This document shows positions 39,061-48,559 of a stretch of DNA of 64,000 nucleotides, in pieces. The DNA lies in the NCBI GenBank assembly GCA_032128875.1, contig JAVLKG010000008.1:128001-192000 (forward strand), written 5' to 3'. Under the pieces are notes generated by a model that saw only the letters and a program-made list of their open reading frames with translations, was not told the DNA's origin and did not search any database. The stretch is from Candidatus Melainabacteria bacterium 17Bon1m (GTDB lineage Bacteria; Cyanobacteriota; Vampirovibrionia; Obscuribacterales; Obscuribacteraceae). How positions within the stretch are numbered: the stretch's first letter is position 1; every line of letters begins with the position of its first letter. The position numbers and the translations under genes are program-made.

Positions 39061-39387
39061 TTACTCAATTTCAAATTCCTTTAGAACTAAAATCAAAATT
39101 GTTGAACGTCCTTGAAATTCAATCGGCTGATACAAATAAATCAAGTTGCCGTCGAGACTTTCAATTTCAGCGTGCTGCAAATGGGGCTGGCATCGGTTTG
39201 CATAGAATTGCATTCCCACCTCAGCCGCCCTCTCAGAAACACGAGTATCAAGGTGTACTCGATCAAGCCAGTCTCCAAATTCAAATTCTTTTCCATGAAC
39301 TGCACTATCATAGCCAGCAAAATGAGGACCTCGTCCTAGATTTACTCTGACAGTTTTACCAGCCATTGAATGTGACGAAGAATGCAT
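39061..39387 (-). CDS. Hypothetical protein
   Basis: 108-aa ORF with GAGG upstream; HSMAGKTV...FGDWLDRV. Confidence 0.55.
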   Translation of the reverse strand: MHSSSHSMAGKTVRVNLGRGPHFAGYDSAVHGKEFEFGDWLDRVHLDTRVSERAAEVGMQFYANRCQPHLQHAEIESLDGNLIYLYQPIEFQGRSTILILVLKEFEIE

Positions 39388-39552
39388 GATAGTGCCTCTC
39401 TTTCACTAATGAAGCGCCATTCCGATTATAGCCAGATACGACAACCCCGCTCTGCGACTATCTATAGTACAATTTTGTCAAAAAGAAGATCACCGTGCAA
39501 TCCAGCTGTGAAGCCAAATTGCACGGTGACAAAAGTTCTTCTTCAGTCCGAC

Positions 39553-40278
39553 TTAACGCGGAGTCCTGTTGCGCCACAGCACCCCAGGAATGGACCCAGC
39601 AGCGAAAGCCGCATGGATACCTGGAATCAGAAGGAGGATGCCGAACTGCCAGAAGCAGAGCAGCGTCGCCACCACTGCCAGCCCCCACATCATGTAGAGA
39701 CCGAAATATCCAGAGCCTAGCGGAATGAAGAGCAGCTGCGCTTTGGCTTGCTGAACTTCAATCTTGCTGTTCTTCTCCGATAGCACGTTGATCGCGAACC
39801 CGGACGCCGCAAAGCAGAGAGCCGAGTAGAAGAGCGCCGCGTGCTGTGCGATGGAGCCGGCTTCCAACGTGGAAGGAACCCACAGAAGCGACAACGCCGC
39901 AAGGAAGAAGAAGTACACAGAGAGGCCCAGACCATCGTAGGTGGGAGCGGCAGGCTCGGGAGTCTCGTTGCCGAATGCGATTGAATCGATTTCGGCTCGC
40001 TTGAACGGCCGCTTCGTAACACGCACGGTAACCGGGTCGGCGCCGTACGACAGGCTCGAAGCACGCGCATGCGAAATCTCGGTGAGAATTTCCCCGTGAC
40101 CCGGTACCTCCACGAAGACCAGGGCGTAGCGCCGTGGTTGCTCGAACACGGTCCGCGTGTAAGAGCGACAGGTAGCAGCGCCCTCATAGAGCACTTGCTT
40201 GCCAGAAAAGAAGAAGACAGAGAGGAGAATCGGCGCCGCGAAGGCGACCAGACCTCCGAAAACGAATGCGATACTCAT
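39553..40278 (-). CDS. Membrane protein
   Basis: N-terminal TM, soluble segment, then about 4 TM. Confidence 0.75.
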   Translation of the reverse strand: MSIAFVFGGLVAFAAPILLSVFFFSGKQVLYEGAATCRSYTRTVFEQPRRYALVFVEVPGHGEILTEISHARASSLSYGADPVTVRVTKRPFKRAEIDSIAFGNETPEPAAPTYDGLGLSVYFFFLAALSLLWVPSTLEAGSIAQHAALFYSALCFAASGFAINVLSEKNSKIEVQQAKAQLLFIPLGSGYFGLYMMWGLAVVATLLCFWQFGILLLIPGIHAAFAAGSIPGVLWRNRTPR

Positions 40279-40379
40279 GATTTTTCTTACCCCAGGCTTA
40301 CTGCAGGGAGCCAGCAACGCCGACTCCCTGCAGGTTTTGGTGCAACTCAGGTGTGGTTATCTAGCCTGAGCCAGAGCGC

Positions 40380-41459
40380 TTAGTCGCGCCCGGGCAGCCG
40401 ATCGCGCAGCGAAGCCGGCACCAGCGATAGAACGAAACCGTCGATGGCCGCTTGCTTCTTGTGATAGAACACGCCGGCAGCAATCATGAGAATGCCGAAG
40501 CCGGTGAGGAAGAACGGGAAGAGGATCGAGCCGGCGAAGAGCGTGAACATCAAGTGCCCCGCGTAATACAGCACGCCGAGCGAGCCGTACACGAGGAAGA
40601 CGCGACGCGAGAGGAGCACCGACGTGATCATCAACCCTACGTTGACGAGCGCGTAGACGGCCTTACCGAGCTCATTGCCAGAGTCCATCAGTGACAGCGA
40701 AAACCAGAACGCGCTCACACCGAACAGGTAGAGCCAGAACGAGTAATCGCCTTCACGCTTGCCGTCGACCAGAAGGCCGACGAAGGTGATGCCGAGGCCG
40801 AAGAGCAAGGTTACGGTGAGCTGCTGGTTCCAGAGCCCGAAGAACGAACCCTGCCCCTGGAAGAGGAAGTCCACCGCCGTCAGCGACATCAGCCACAGCG
40901 AAGCGGCGATAGGCGCAGTCAGGAACGGGAACTTGAAGAAGCGCAGCGCCGCGAGTGCGGAGACGACTGTCACACCTTCCAGCAAGAACTGGAAGCTGTG
41001 ATTGCTCATATAAGTCGAGAGCGGGTAGCCCAACGTCTCGGCCAGCGAGCCGAAGGCTACGGGGACCATTGTCACCGCCAAAGTGACGAGCAAGCCGCCC
41101 GGCACTTTGAGGTTCTGTCCAAACCAGAGGCGAGCGCCTCCGAACAAGAACGCCGCCGAATAGGCGACCGACGTCGCGAGAACGGCGGGTGCGCCGTAGC
41201 GCGAACCCATTTCCGCACCGAACCAACCCATGGCGATCATCACGAGGACGGCGCCGGCATACCAGAAGAGATGCGCGAAATCGAACTGCGGACGCTCAGC
41301 GTGCCGCGCTTGAAGCGCATCCCAGAGAGCACCGGCTTGCGGCTGAGAGATCAGCCCTTCGCCAGCAGCCCAATCAAGATCACCCTTGTCGACGGTCAAA
41401 GAGCGGCGAGACTTCTTTGAGGCGACGGGATTCTCTACGACTACTTTCGGTCGTTGCAT
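40380..41459 (-). CDS. DUF2157-like membrane protein
   Basis: AAGEGLISQPQA...L...FWYAGA N-terminal pattern; about 11 TM; DYSFWLYLFG. Confidence 0.85.
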   Translation of the reverse strand: MQRPKVVVENPVASKKSRRSLTVDKGDLDWAAGEGLISQPQAGALWDALQARHAERPQFDFAHLFWYAGAVLVMIAMGWFGAEMGSRYGAPAVLATSVAYSAAFLFGGARLWFGQNLKVPGGLLVTLAVTMVPVAFGSLAETLGYPLSTYMSNHSFQFLLEGVTVVSALAALRFFKFPFLTAPIAASLWLMSLTAVDFLFQGQGSFFGLWNQQLTVTLLFGLGITFVGLLVDGKREGDYSFWLYLFGVSAFWFSLSLMDSGNELGKAVYALVNVGLMITSVLLSRRVFLVYGSLGVLYYAGHLMFTLFAGSILFPFFLTGFGILMIAAGVFYHKKQAAIDGFVLSLVPASLRDRLPGRD

Positions 41460-41845
41460 GGAAAACTCCATTTGCAGCTTCCCGTGTTCAGTTATGAGTG
41501 CCTAAAACTCCCCGCACGAATATATTTCGCGTGGTTCTCCCGGGAAGCCGAAGAGGTGGGGATGTTCAGTTGAAACTTAGTGTTCTAGGCACCGGGTGTA
41601 TTTGGAGAAAAGGAGGAACTATAACAATCAACAAAACAGGCTTCTTGATCAAGTAACGTGTACGGACCTTGGCTTAGATCTCAGGAAGAAACGAACTATA
41701 AGCACTTAAAGACCTAGCCAAGCCGCGCCACCAAATGACAACCGGCGCCGCACAAAGCCAGCTTTGGCTTTGGTTCTTAAGAACAACTACCTCACAAACC
41801 CTCCTTGACATCAGCCTCGCGCCGGGCTGTCTAAATTTGCCTCCT

Positions 41846-42028
41846 TCCATCTACTCCGAAAAAACCTGCTTTTTCGGAGTAGATGGAGATTGGATTTTTT
41901 CGGCACCCGTGGCGCTTTGCGAAACTGCAGTCAATCTAAGACACTTTCTGGAATTTTTGTGTTGCCAGCCTGTGGCGCTTTCAAGCCTCGCATTCACTCC
42001 GAAAAGTCGGAGAATTTCGGAGTGGATG
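41846..42028. repeat. Pair of related long inverted repeats
   Basis: Perfect 18-bp stem at 41846-41887 and related 14-bp stem at 41991-42028, both ACTCCGAAA...TTTCGGAGT. Confidence 0.75.
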
Positions 42029-42174
42029 GGAAGTCCAATTTTTAAAGCCCCGAGGCTGTTCAAAAAAGTCAGCCCAATGACACCAGGCGCACGAGCCACG
42101 CCATCACTACGCCACCATATGCGCCACCACAACGCAAGCACTCAAATTCATCGGCATGGTTGCAAGTCTAAGTT

Positions 42175-43647
42175 TCAAACACCCAAATTTGCGGCGAATT
42201 TTTGCACAGTTTCGTGGATGTTTTCTTCAGGCAAATGTGCAAAACCCATCAAATACTCGCCCAAGCGCGAGTTGACCACATAGTGATGCGAAGTACTCAC
42301 GAGCGAAACTTGCGCCTCGCGAGCAGCCGCCAACACTTTGTCTTCCGGAAATTCGTCTCCGAACCGCACCAAAAGATGCATCCCAGCTGTCACTGGTGAA
42401 ATATAAATCCGTTTGCCGAATTGTTTTGTAACGGCTTGCACGAGAGCTGCCCGGCGTTTTGCATAAAACACACGAGTACGCTTGATGTGCCTTTCTAAAT
42501 GACCTTCGTCAATAAAATCGGCAAGCGCTCTTTGTTCCAACAGTGGAAAATCGCGCTCAATTAGCGCTTTTGCACGACCAACCAAACGCACCATACGGCG
42601 CGGCAAAACAACAAAACCAATGCGAACAACTGGATAGAGCACCTTCCAAAAGGTGGACAAATAAATCGTGCAGTCGTTCTCGTCAAGCCCTTGCAGAGAC
42701 GGCATCGGCTTATCGCCATATCTATATTCCGAGTCGTAATCGTCTTCTACAATAAATGCATCTGTACGCCCAGCCCATTCGAGAAGCGCGATTCGGCGCG
42801 GCAAAGAAAGCACGACACCAGTTGGATCGTGGTGAGAAGGCGTTACGTAAGCTAGCTTTACGCGTTGATTCAGGGACTGAAGATGCTCAACAATCATGCC
42901 CTGTCCGTCAACAGGAATAGGGATTACCTCTGCACCGTGAGTAATCATGCTGCGCCGCGCGCCAGGGAATCCGGGATTTTCCAAAGCAACCGCATCGCCG
43001 TGGTCAATCAGCAAACGCCCAATTAGATCAAGCGCTCCCTGCGCTCCTGAAAAAATGGCGACGCGATCAGGCGTGCAATTCACCGATCGAGAACGAATTA
43101 GGTAATTGCAAATGGCCTCACGCAAAGGCATATAACCGAAAGGATCGCTATGATAAGCGAGCATGTTTCCGTCTTGAAACCGCGTCGCTCTGTAGAGCAT
43201 TTCCTTCCAGCGAGTTAGCGGTAATTGATCAATTGTCGGCGCCCCGTAATTCAGCTCGGCAAACAGCTCTACATGAGCGTCTTCAATCTCCTCGCAAGTC
43301 ATCACTCTTTCACCGTAAACAGAAAGCGCAGCGGTAGGCAAAACAGATTCGACGGGTTCGCGCTGCTGCTCTTTGTTTTTCACATCATCGAGATGTCCGG
43401 GAATTTCTTTGTTGACAAAAGTTCCACTGCCGGACGTCGTTTGAATATAACCTTGCGCCGACAGCTCTTCATAGCTGCGTATCACTGTAAAGCGAGAAAC
43501 ATTCATAGAATCAGCAAGATCACGCGTTGATGGAAGTTTTTCACCAGGCTTTAAACGACCAGCCAGAATGGCTAATTTCAATGCCTCTGAAACTTGCTTG
43601 TAGACCGGCTGCCGACTGTCTTGCGTGAGTGTAAGAACGAAATCCAT
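42175..43647 (-). CDS. MocR/GabR-family regulator (GntR HTH plus PLP aminotransferase domain)
   Basis: GEKLPSTRDLA, VTPSHHDPTG, IVEDDYDSEYRY and STFWKVLYP. Confidence 0.95.
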   Translation of the reverse strand: MDFVLTLTQDSRQPVYKQVSEALKLAILAGRLKPGEKLPSTRDLADSMNVSRFTVIRSYEELSAQGYIQTTSGSGTFVNKEIPGHLDDVKNKEQQREPVESVLPTAALSVYGERVMTCEEIEDAHVELFAELNYGAPTIDQLPLTRWKEMLYRATRFQDGNMLAYHSDPFGYMPLREAICNYLIRSRSVNCTPDRVAIFSGAQGALDLIGRLLIDHGDAVALENPGFPGARRSMITHGAEVIPIPVDGQGMIVEHLQSLNQRVKLAYVTPSHHDPTGVVLSLPRRIALLEWAGRTDAFIVEDDYDSEYRYGDKPMPSLQGLDENDCTIYLSTFWKVLYPVVRIGFVVLPRRMVRLVGRAKALIERDFPLLEQRALADFIDEGHLERHIKRTRVFYAKRRAALVQAVTKQFGKRIYISPVTAGMHLLVRFGDEFPEDKVLAAAREAQVSLVSTSHHYVVNSRLGEYLMGFAHLPEENIHETVQKFAANLGV

Positions 43648-43920
43648 TAACGCCCCTGGAGTCGCTGCGAAACATTAGGGTATCGTTCCCGACCGACACC
43701 TTTCTCTCACATACCCATGAAATGGGTTCACGAACTCCAAAAGACGACAAATAAAAGGCAACTTCTGAACCAAAGTCTAACTACTGCACTTGCCGGTGGT
43801 GTAAGAACCGGACGAATCGCCTCCTTATACTATGCTATATCATACAAGCAGGACCAAGAAAGAAGGCTCCGAAAAGTCCGCAACGCGAACCAAGTCGAAA
43901 CCTCCTTCCCATCACGTTCT

Positions 43921-43976
43921 TGCAGTCACTTGCTTGCAATCACTTGCTTGCAATCACTTGCTTGCGATCACTTGCT
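43921..43976. repeat. 14-bp tandem repeat, 4 copies
   Basis: TGCAATCACTTGCT four times, with 2 substitutions in total. Confidence 0.9.
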
Positions 43977-43995
43977 CGTGACCACCAGCTCGCGA

Positions 43996-44409
43996 TTACT
44001 TGCGCCGGAAAACCGGCATGACCGGATTCGGCTTCGCCGAGCCCGTGCCGTATGCCAGAAGCCAGATGAGGCAGGTATTCACCGCCGCATACGGAATGGC
44101 TCCGACAAAGCCGAGCATGACGAGATTCGGCCAGAACATTCCGAAAAGGCCCAGGGTGATGGTTCCGGCTGCGATGCCGAAAACGGTATGCAGCATGATG
44201 CCCGGGGTTTCGATGCCCAGAGGCAAACAGACTGCAATGGTGACAACGGCGAGGGCGGCGAACGCGGCGACGGACAGGACGACCGCAAGGCCGACCGTGC
44301 CAATCACCGTCGCGACGCCGAATGCGCCCAGATCCAGCAAACCGCTGGCTACCACGAGCACAAATGCGGCCGCCACCACGATGGACAGCGGCCGAAGGAT
44401 GTTGAACAT
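43996..44409 (-). CDS. 4-TM membrane protein
   Basis: GGAGG upstream; four hydrophobic helices. Confidence 0.8.
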   Translation of the reverse strand: MFNILRPLSIVVAAAFVLVVASGLLDLGAFGVATVIGTVGLAVVLSVAAFAALAVVTIAVCLPLGIETPGIMLHTVFGIAAGTITLGLFGMFWPNLVMLGFVGAIPYAAVNTCLIWLLAYGTGSAKPNPVMPVFRRK

Positions 44410-44434
44410 TGCCTTTCCTCCCTTTCGAGGATTT

Positions 44435-45187
44435 CTACTTCGAACCTTTCGGGTTCGAAGGTTTGCGCGTTGAGCGCTGGCGCTTCGAAACTTTTCGCTT
44501 CGTGCGCCGTTGCTCAGCGAGCGGAGCACCCGGAGTAGAAGACGCTGCCGAAGCGGCCGGAAGAACTTCCGAAGTCGCCTCAACAGTCGCATTGACGTGA
44601 GCCTCTTGCCTCACCGCCCGCAACTTCTGCACCTCCGAGCGCCAGTAGCGCTTCTCTACGGTGCGGAAATTGGGCTTGTCAGACAGGTGCTCCAGGTAAT
44701 CGGCCAGGAGCAAAAGCTCGTCGTCATCCAACTCTCCGTTGAACTCTCTGACGTACACCGCGTTGCCGTAGTTACGCTGAGCATTGAGCTCGAGATCGTC
44801 GGCTATCAGCACGCGACGCAGGTCAAAGCCTCTCTTGCGGACCTTCTTCAGGTCCTTGATGTAATACGCCTCATGCCTGTCGTGGTCGAACCGGCGAGTG
44901 GTGCGCACGCCTGAAAAGACGAACACCGGCTGCCTGTGACCTTCGAAGATCACTTCCACGACTCGATTGACGTACAGCGTTCCGGCTGCAGACCAAACGG
45001 CGAGGTCGTATAGCTTCCACATCCGCGCGAGAAACTCGTCGAGGTGTGGCCGCTTGTACACGACGTAATCGCTGGTCGTGAAGTCGGGTGAACGACCGGG
45101 GAATGCCTTGGCAGGCTCCTCGGCATGCACCAGCGTCTCGTCCAAATCAAGGACGAGCAGCGGCCTTTGTGCTTGAGTTTCGCTCAT
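44435..45187 (-). CDS. FCP1/SCP-like (NIF) HAD phosphatase
   Basis: LVLDLDETLVH, KRPHLDEFL, YIKDL, VLIADD and DDELLLLADYL. Confidence 0.92.
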   Translation of the reverse strand: MSETQAQRPLLVLDLDETLVHAEEPAKAFPGRSPDFTTSDYVVYKRPHLDEFLARMWKLYDLAVWSAAGTLYVNRVVEVIFEGHRQPVFVFSGVRTTRRFDHDRHEAYYIKDLKKVRKRGFDLRRVLIADDLELNAQRNYGNAVYVREFNGELDDDELLLLADYLEHLSDKPNFRTVEKRYWRSEVQKLRAVRQEAHVNATVEATSEVLPAASAASSTPGAPLAEQRRTKRKVSKRQRSTRKPSNPKGSK

Positions 45188-45303
45188 AGCACACCTCCAT
45201 TTGGCTAGCCACGCAGGAGCGCTCCGACTAACGAGAGCGCCATCCTGCGCGACGAAGGGAATCCGCGTGAGCAGACCCCCTTCGTCTGGTTGAGAACTTG
45301 GTG

Positions 45304-45531
45304 TTACTCGGCTTTGGGCGTGGTTTCGCCCTCGACCTTTTCCACCTCACAGTAGCGGTAGATGTCCTCTTCGCTGAGGAACACCTGTTTGCCGTTAAGC
45401 CGGCACATATCGCCGTGATCGTATTCCTTCTCGACGACCATGCGGTCGCCCTTCTTCACGTCGATATGGAAGCTCTTGCGAGCCGACTCGGGCAGAAAGT
45501 CGCGCTTTGCGACGTAAGTCTTTGGTGCCAT
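45304..45531 (-). CDS. Small SH3-like protein
   Basis: YVAKRDF...IDVKKGDRMVV...NGKQVF resembles the SH3 consensus; GGAG upstream. Confidence 0.65.
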   Translation of the reverse strand: MAPKTYVAKRDFLPESARKSFHIDVKKGDRMVVEKEYDHGDMCRLNGKQVFLSEEDIYRYCEVEKVEGETTPKAE

Positions 45532-45581
45532 GCATTACTCCAACGACCCAGCGGGTCTCAAGAGTTGGCAGAAATAACTGA

Positions 45582-46127
45582 TTACTTCACGCTTTTGAGC
45601 CGACCGCGTTTTGCAGTCGAGCCTTTGGGCGGGAAGCGGCCGTTGTTCACCACCAACCTGGCATGCTTCGGACGATCCCGATGAATGACAGGCGGATAGT
45701 TTTCAAAGCGTTTACCTGCCGCCGAACCGAGGCTGCCCAGAGCACCTTCCTGCATTTCATGCAGATCGCTTTTCTGAGACCACGGAATGACGGTACGGTC
45801 GCGGCGATGTACGTCGCCCCAAGTGGCGCCGTCGGAGACACGCGGGCGGTAAAGCCCAAACGGACCTTCGACCAGACCACCATAGTTGCTCTGCTCGACC
45901 GGATAAGCACGCCCTTCACGAAGTGCGAACAATCCGACCAAACCAAGCATGATTGCTACCCATGGATGACTCATAGCCAGCCACACGCAGCCACCAATGA
46001 CAGGCAATGAAGCGAGCAAGACACGCAGCCGAGTCGACAGCCAGCGTCTTGCCAAAATCTTCTTGCCCAGAAAGGCACCGACAAAGGGAGCGGCGCACAG
46101 TATCAGCAGTTGAACGACGATGTTCAT
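45582..46127 (-). CDS. Membrane protein with a soluble C-terminus
   Basis: GGAGG upstream; three N-terminal hydrophobic helices. Confidence 0.7.
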   Translation of the reverse strand: MNIVVQLLILCAAPFVGAFLGKKILARRWLSTRLRVLLASLPVIGGCVWLAMSHPWVAIMLGLVGLFALREGRAYPVEQSNYGGLVEGPFGLYRPRVSDGATWGDVHRRDRTVIPWSQKSDLHEMQEGALGSLGSAAGKRFENYPPVIHRDRPKHARLVVNNGRFPPKGSTAKRGRLKSVK

Positions 46128-46417
46128 GATGCAGCCCTCCTGCTGAGAGCACATTTACTCGCTATCCAAACGCCATCCCAACGATTACCCGTATCCGATC
46201 CCACAGCAAAAAGCTGCCGAATTAAACACACACAAGGTGGGGAGAGCTAACTTGGGGCGGAAGTTTGGGGTTTGCAGGACGAAGAGGTAATTACGCGGAA
46301 TACACTGATCTTGTATCAAGAACCCTTCCTGGAATACATCCCAAGAAATGTTACGAAGGTGCTTTTACAGTGGTAAACAAGAAAAAGTGATTCTGAGATC
46401 CTGATAAGGAGCGCTCT

Positions 46418-47374
46418 TTACACTTCTCGCATCCCTTCTTTGTCGACACTCAAGTCCAGGAGCGCAGGCATTATTGGCTGGGCCTCTGCCCACACTCGAA
46501 GCTCGTGCAAGACCTCGTCTTTGTATCGTTGATTGACCAGGGTCAAAACTGCACAACCGCCACCAGATAAGACGCAACCCATAATCGGAAAACTGGACAA
46601 CACCTTTCTGAGCGTCGCCAACTCCGGCACAAGCTGCTCGCGATAAGGCTCATGCAGCCGGTCTACTAAGACCGATCTCATCAAAGCTTCGTCGTTTTTC
46701 GCCACAGCAGCCACAATCAAAGCAGTACGTTGAATGTTGGCCACAGCATCTTCGTACCTGACCATTTTGGGCAAAACTTTGCGCGAATCGTTTGTCTTAA
46801 GCGTGTATCTGGGCACGACGACAAGGATTTTCCACTTGTCCGGCCAGTCGAGCTGTTCACTCACAATCGTCTCGTCATCCAGGCCTTTGCCGCAGACAAT
46901 CATGTTTCCCATAAGACTTGCCGCGACATTTTCCGGATAACCTTCCATGCGCATGCCGACAGTAAGAATGTCTTTGCGGGTCGGAACCAAACCACGCAAG
47001 AAGTACGAAGCCCAAACGGCCCCGGCAATTGCCGCTCCGGACGAGCCCAGCCCGCACCCCAGAGGAATGTCGGAAGTCACCGAAATGCGAACCCGGCTGA
47101 GCAGCTCAGGGTCGGACTGCCATAGCCCCTGCAGCATGCGGTAGCTGAGCAATCCCTGGTTTTCCTTGTCGCTTACAGCAGCAATCGCTCCATGCAAGGT
47201 GACAATCGGCTGAGTGACCTCGGGTCTGTCATAGACTTCAAAACGCACGGTGGAGTACATGTTCAACGCCAGCGCTAGCGCATCGAATCCGGGTCCCAGG
47301 TTGCTTGTGCTGGCGGGAATCTGCAGCGTGAGGCTGCTTATCACTTGTGCTTGTTCGCTTGGCGTCACTGACAT
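46418..47374 (-). CDS. thrB: Homoserine kinase (GHMP family) with a divergent active site
   Basis: PASTSNLGPGFD, PLGCGLGSSGAA and DRLHEPYR. Confidence 0.85.
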   Translation of the reverse strand: MSVTPSEQAQVISSLTLQIPASTSNLGPGFDALALALNMYSTVRFEVYDRPEVTQPIVTLHGAIAAVSDKENQGLLSYRMLQGLWQSDPELLSRVRISVTSDIPLGCGLGSSGAAIAGAVWASYFLRGLVPTRKDILTVGMRMEGYPENVAASLMGNMIVCGKGLDDETIVSEQLDWPDKWKILVVVPRYTLKTNDSRKVLPKMVRYEDAVANIQRTALIVAAVAKNDEALMRSVLVDRLHEPYREQLVPELATLRKVLSSFPIMGCVLSGGGCAVLTLVNQRYKDEVLHELRVWAEAQPIMPALLDLSVDKEGMREV

Positions 47375-47443
47375 GGAAATTTCTTACGGGTGCCTTCTGC
47401 CAAATTATCGCAGCTTTATTTCTCTACCGGTAAGGCGCAAGGG

Positions 47444-47570
47444 TGGAAGTTTATCCGCCTCTACTATGGAGTTTACCCGCCTCTGCTATGGAGTTTACCC
47501 GCCCCTGCTATGGAAGTTCACCCGCCCCCGCCATGGAAGTTCACCCGCCCCTGCTATGGAAGTTCACCCG
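47444..47570. repeat. 22-23 bp tandem direct repeat, about 5.6 copies
   Basis: TGG(A)AGTTYACCCGCCYCTGCTA units with no spacers. Confidence 0.9.
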
Positions 47571-48038
47571 TCGCGACCGCGAAAGTTAGCGCAGCCTCGA
47601 AAGGGCGCTTGACTTTGGCTTTGGCGGCACAGCGCGAGCGTTGTGCGGTCTTGGTTCTCAAAAAACCGGTTTCTCAACAAAATTTCCAGTGAAAACACCC
47701 GCATAAACGCCATATAAACTAAATACACCTCTTCAGTTCTCTTTTTTCAAGTTTCAACTTCCCCCCTGCAACGCTAGTTTCCCCAATCGTTCAACACTTC
47801 CCAACGCGCAGATGCGCAGTCTGGTGCTGTCCGCTTGGGAAACTTGAATGCAAAGAAACTGATGAGTGGTCACAACAGCACGCATTAACGGTTTTGCATC
47901 GACCTCGACCGCTCCGGTGATGCAAAACCATCCGGCACCGACAGTGGTGCCCAACAACGGCCAAAACTTGCAAAAGCTCATGGCCACACTAGGCTGGCAG
48001 TCACTCATGCACTGACAGCCGGACAAAGGCAAAACATC

Positions 48039-48521
48039 ATGGACGGAAAGAAGCTCTTCATCTACGGTCTCTTCGGACTCTTCGGCGCAGTCATCCTGTC
48101 GATTCTCTCGGCAGTGGGCGGAGCATTCGGCGCCGGCACCTCCCTGCTGGTTTCCGCGCTCATCGGCAACGTACTCATCGCGTCGCTCATCGGCGGTGCT
48201 GTCGCGGCGCTCGCTTTCCACTCGGTCATCCTGGGAGCCGACAAGCTCTTCAAGAAGGCTGCCGATAAGGAAGGAACGGCCAACGGCGGACTGAAGCCGC
48301 CTTCGCTCGCGTCGGACAAGCGCTACCTCTGGGGCTCGGCGTCTTACTTCGTGACCACGGTCATCGGCGTCAACCTCTGCCATGCCCTCATCTCAAGCCC
48401 TGCGTGGTTCGTCGTCGCGACGATTTTCGCAACCGGTCTGCTCGGAGTGCTGGGTCTGGGTGCGGTGGTCAGCCTCAAGCTCTGGAACCCCAACCTGAAG
48501 AAGCAGAACGACGCGCGCTGA
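48039..48521 (+). CDS. 4-TM membrane protein
   Basis: Hydrophobic helices; strong C-ending codon bias. Confidence 0.8.
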   Translation: MDGKKLFIYGLFGLFGAVILSILSAVGGAFGAGTSLLVSALIGNVLIASLIGGAVAALAFHSVILGADKLFKKAADKEGTANGGLKPPSLASDKRYLWGSASYFVTTVIGVNLCHALISSPAWFVVATIFATGLLGVLGLGAVVSLKLWNPNLKKQNDAR

Positions 48522-48559
48522 GCCCAGCGACCGCAACCGCTTTCCATTGAATAAAAGGT

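Noticed and set aside
34119-41973. 12-bp match TTGCCAGCCTGT in two islet-upstream gaps
   Set aside because: A single short match at inconsistent distances from the promoters; plausible by chance in 64 kb.
47444-47570. Possible CRISPR array (also 24874-24955 and 43921-43976)
   Set aside because: Units are head-to-tail with no unique spacers, and no cas genes are present.
47859-47990. Hammerhead ribozyme suggested by CTGATGAG
   Set aside because: The candidate stem II (GTGGTCA/TGGCCAC) is followed by ACTA, not the required GAAA.
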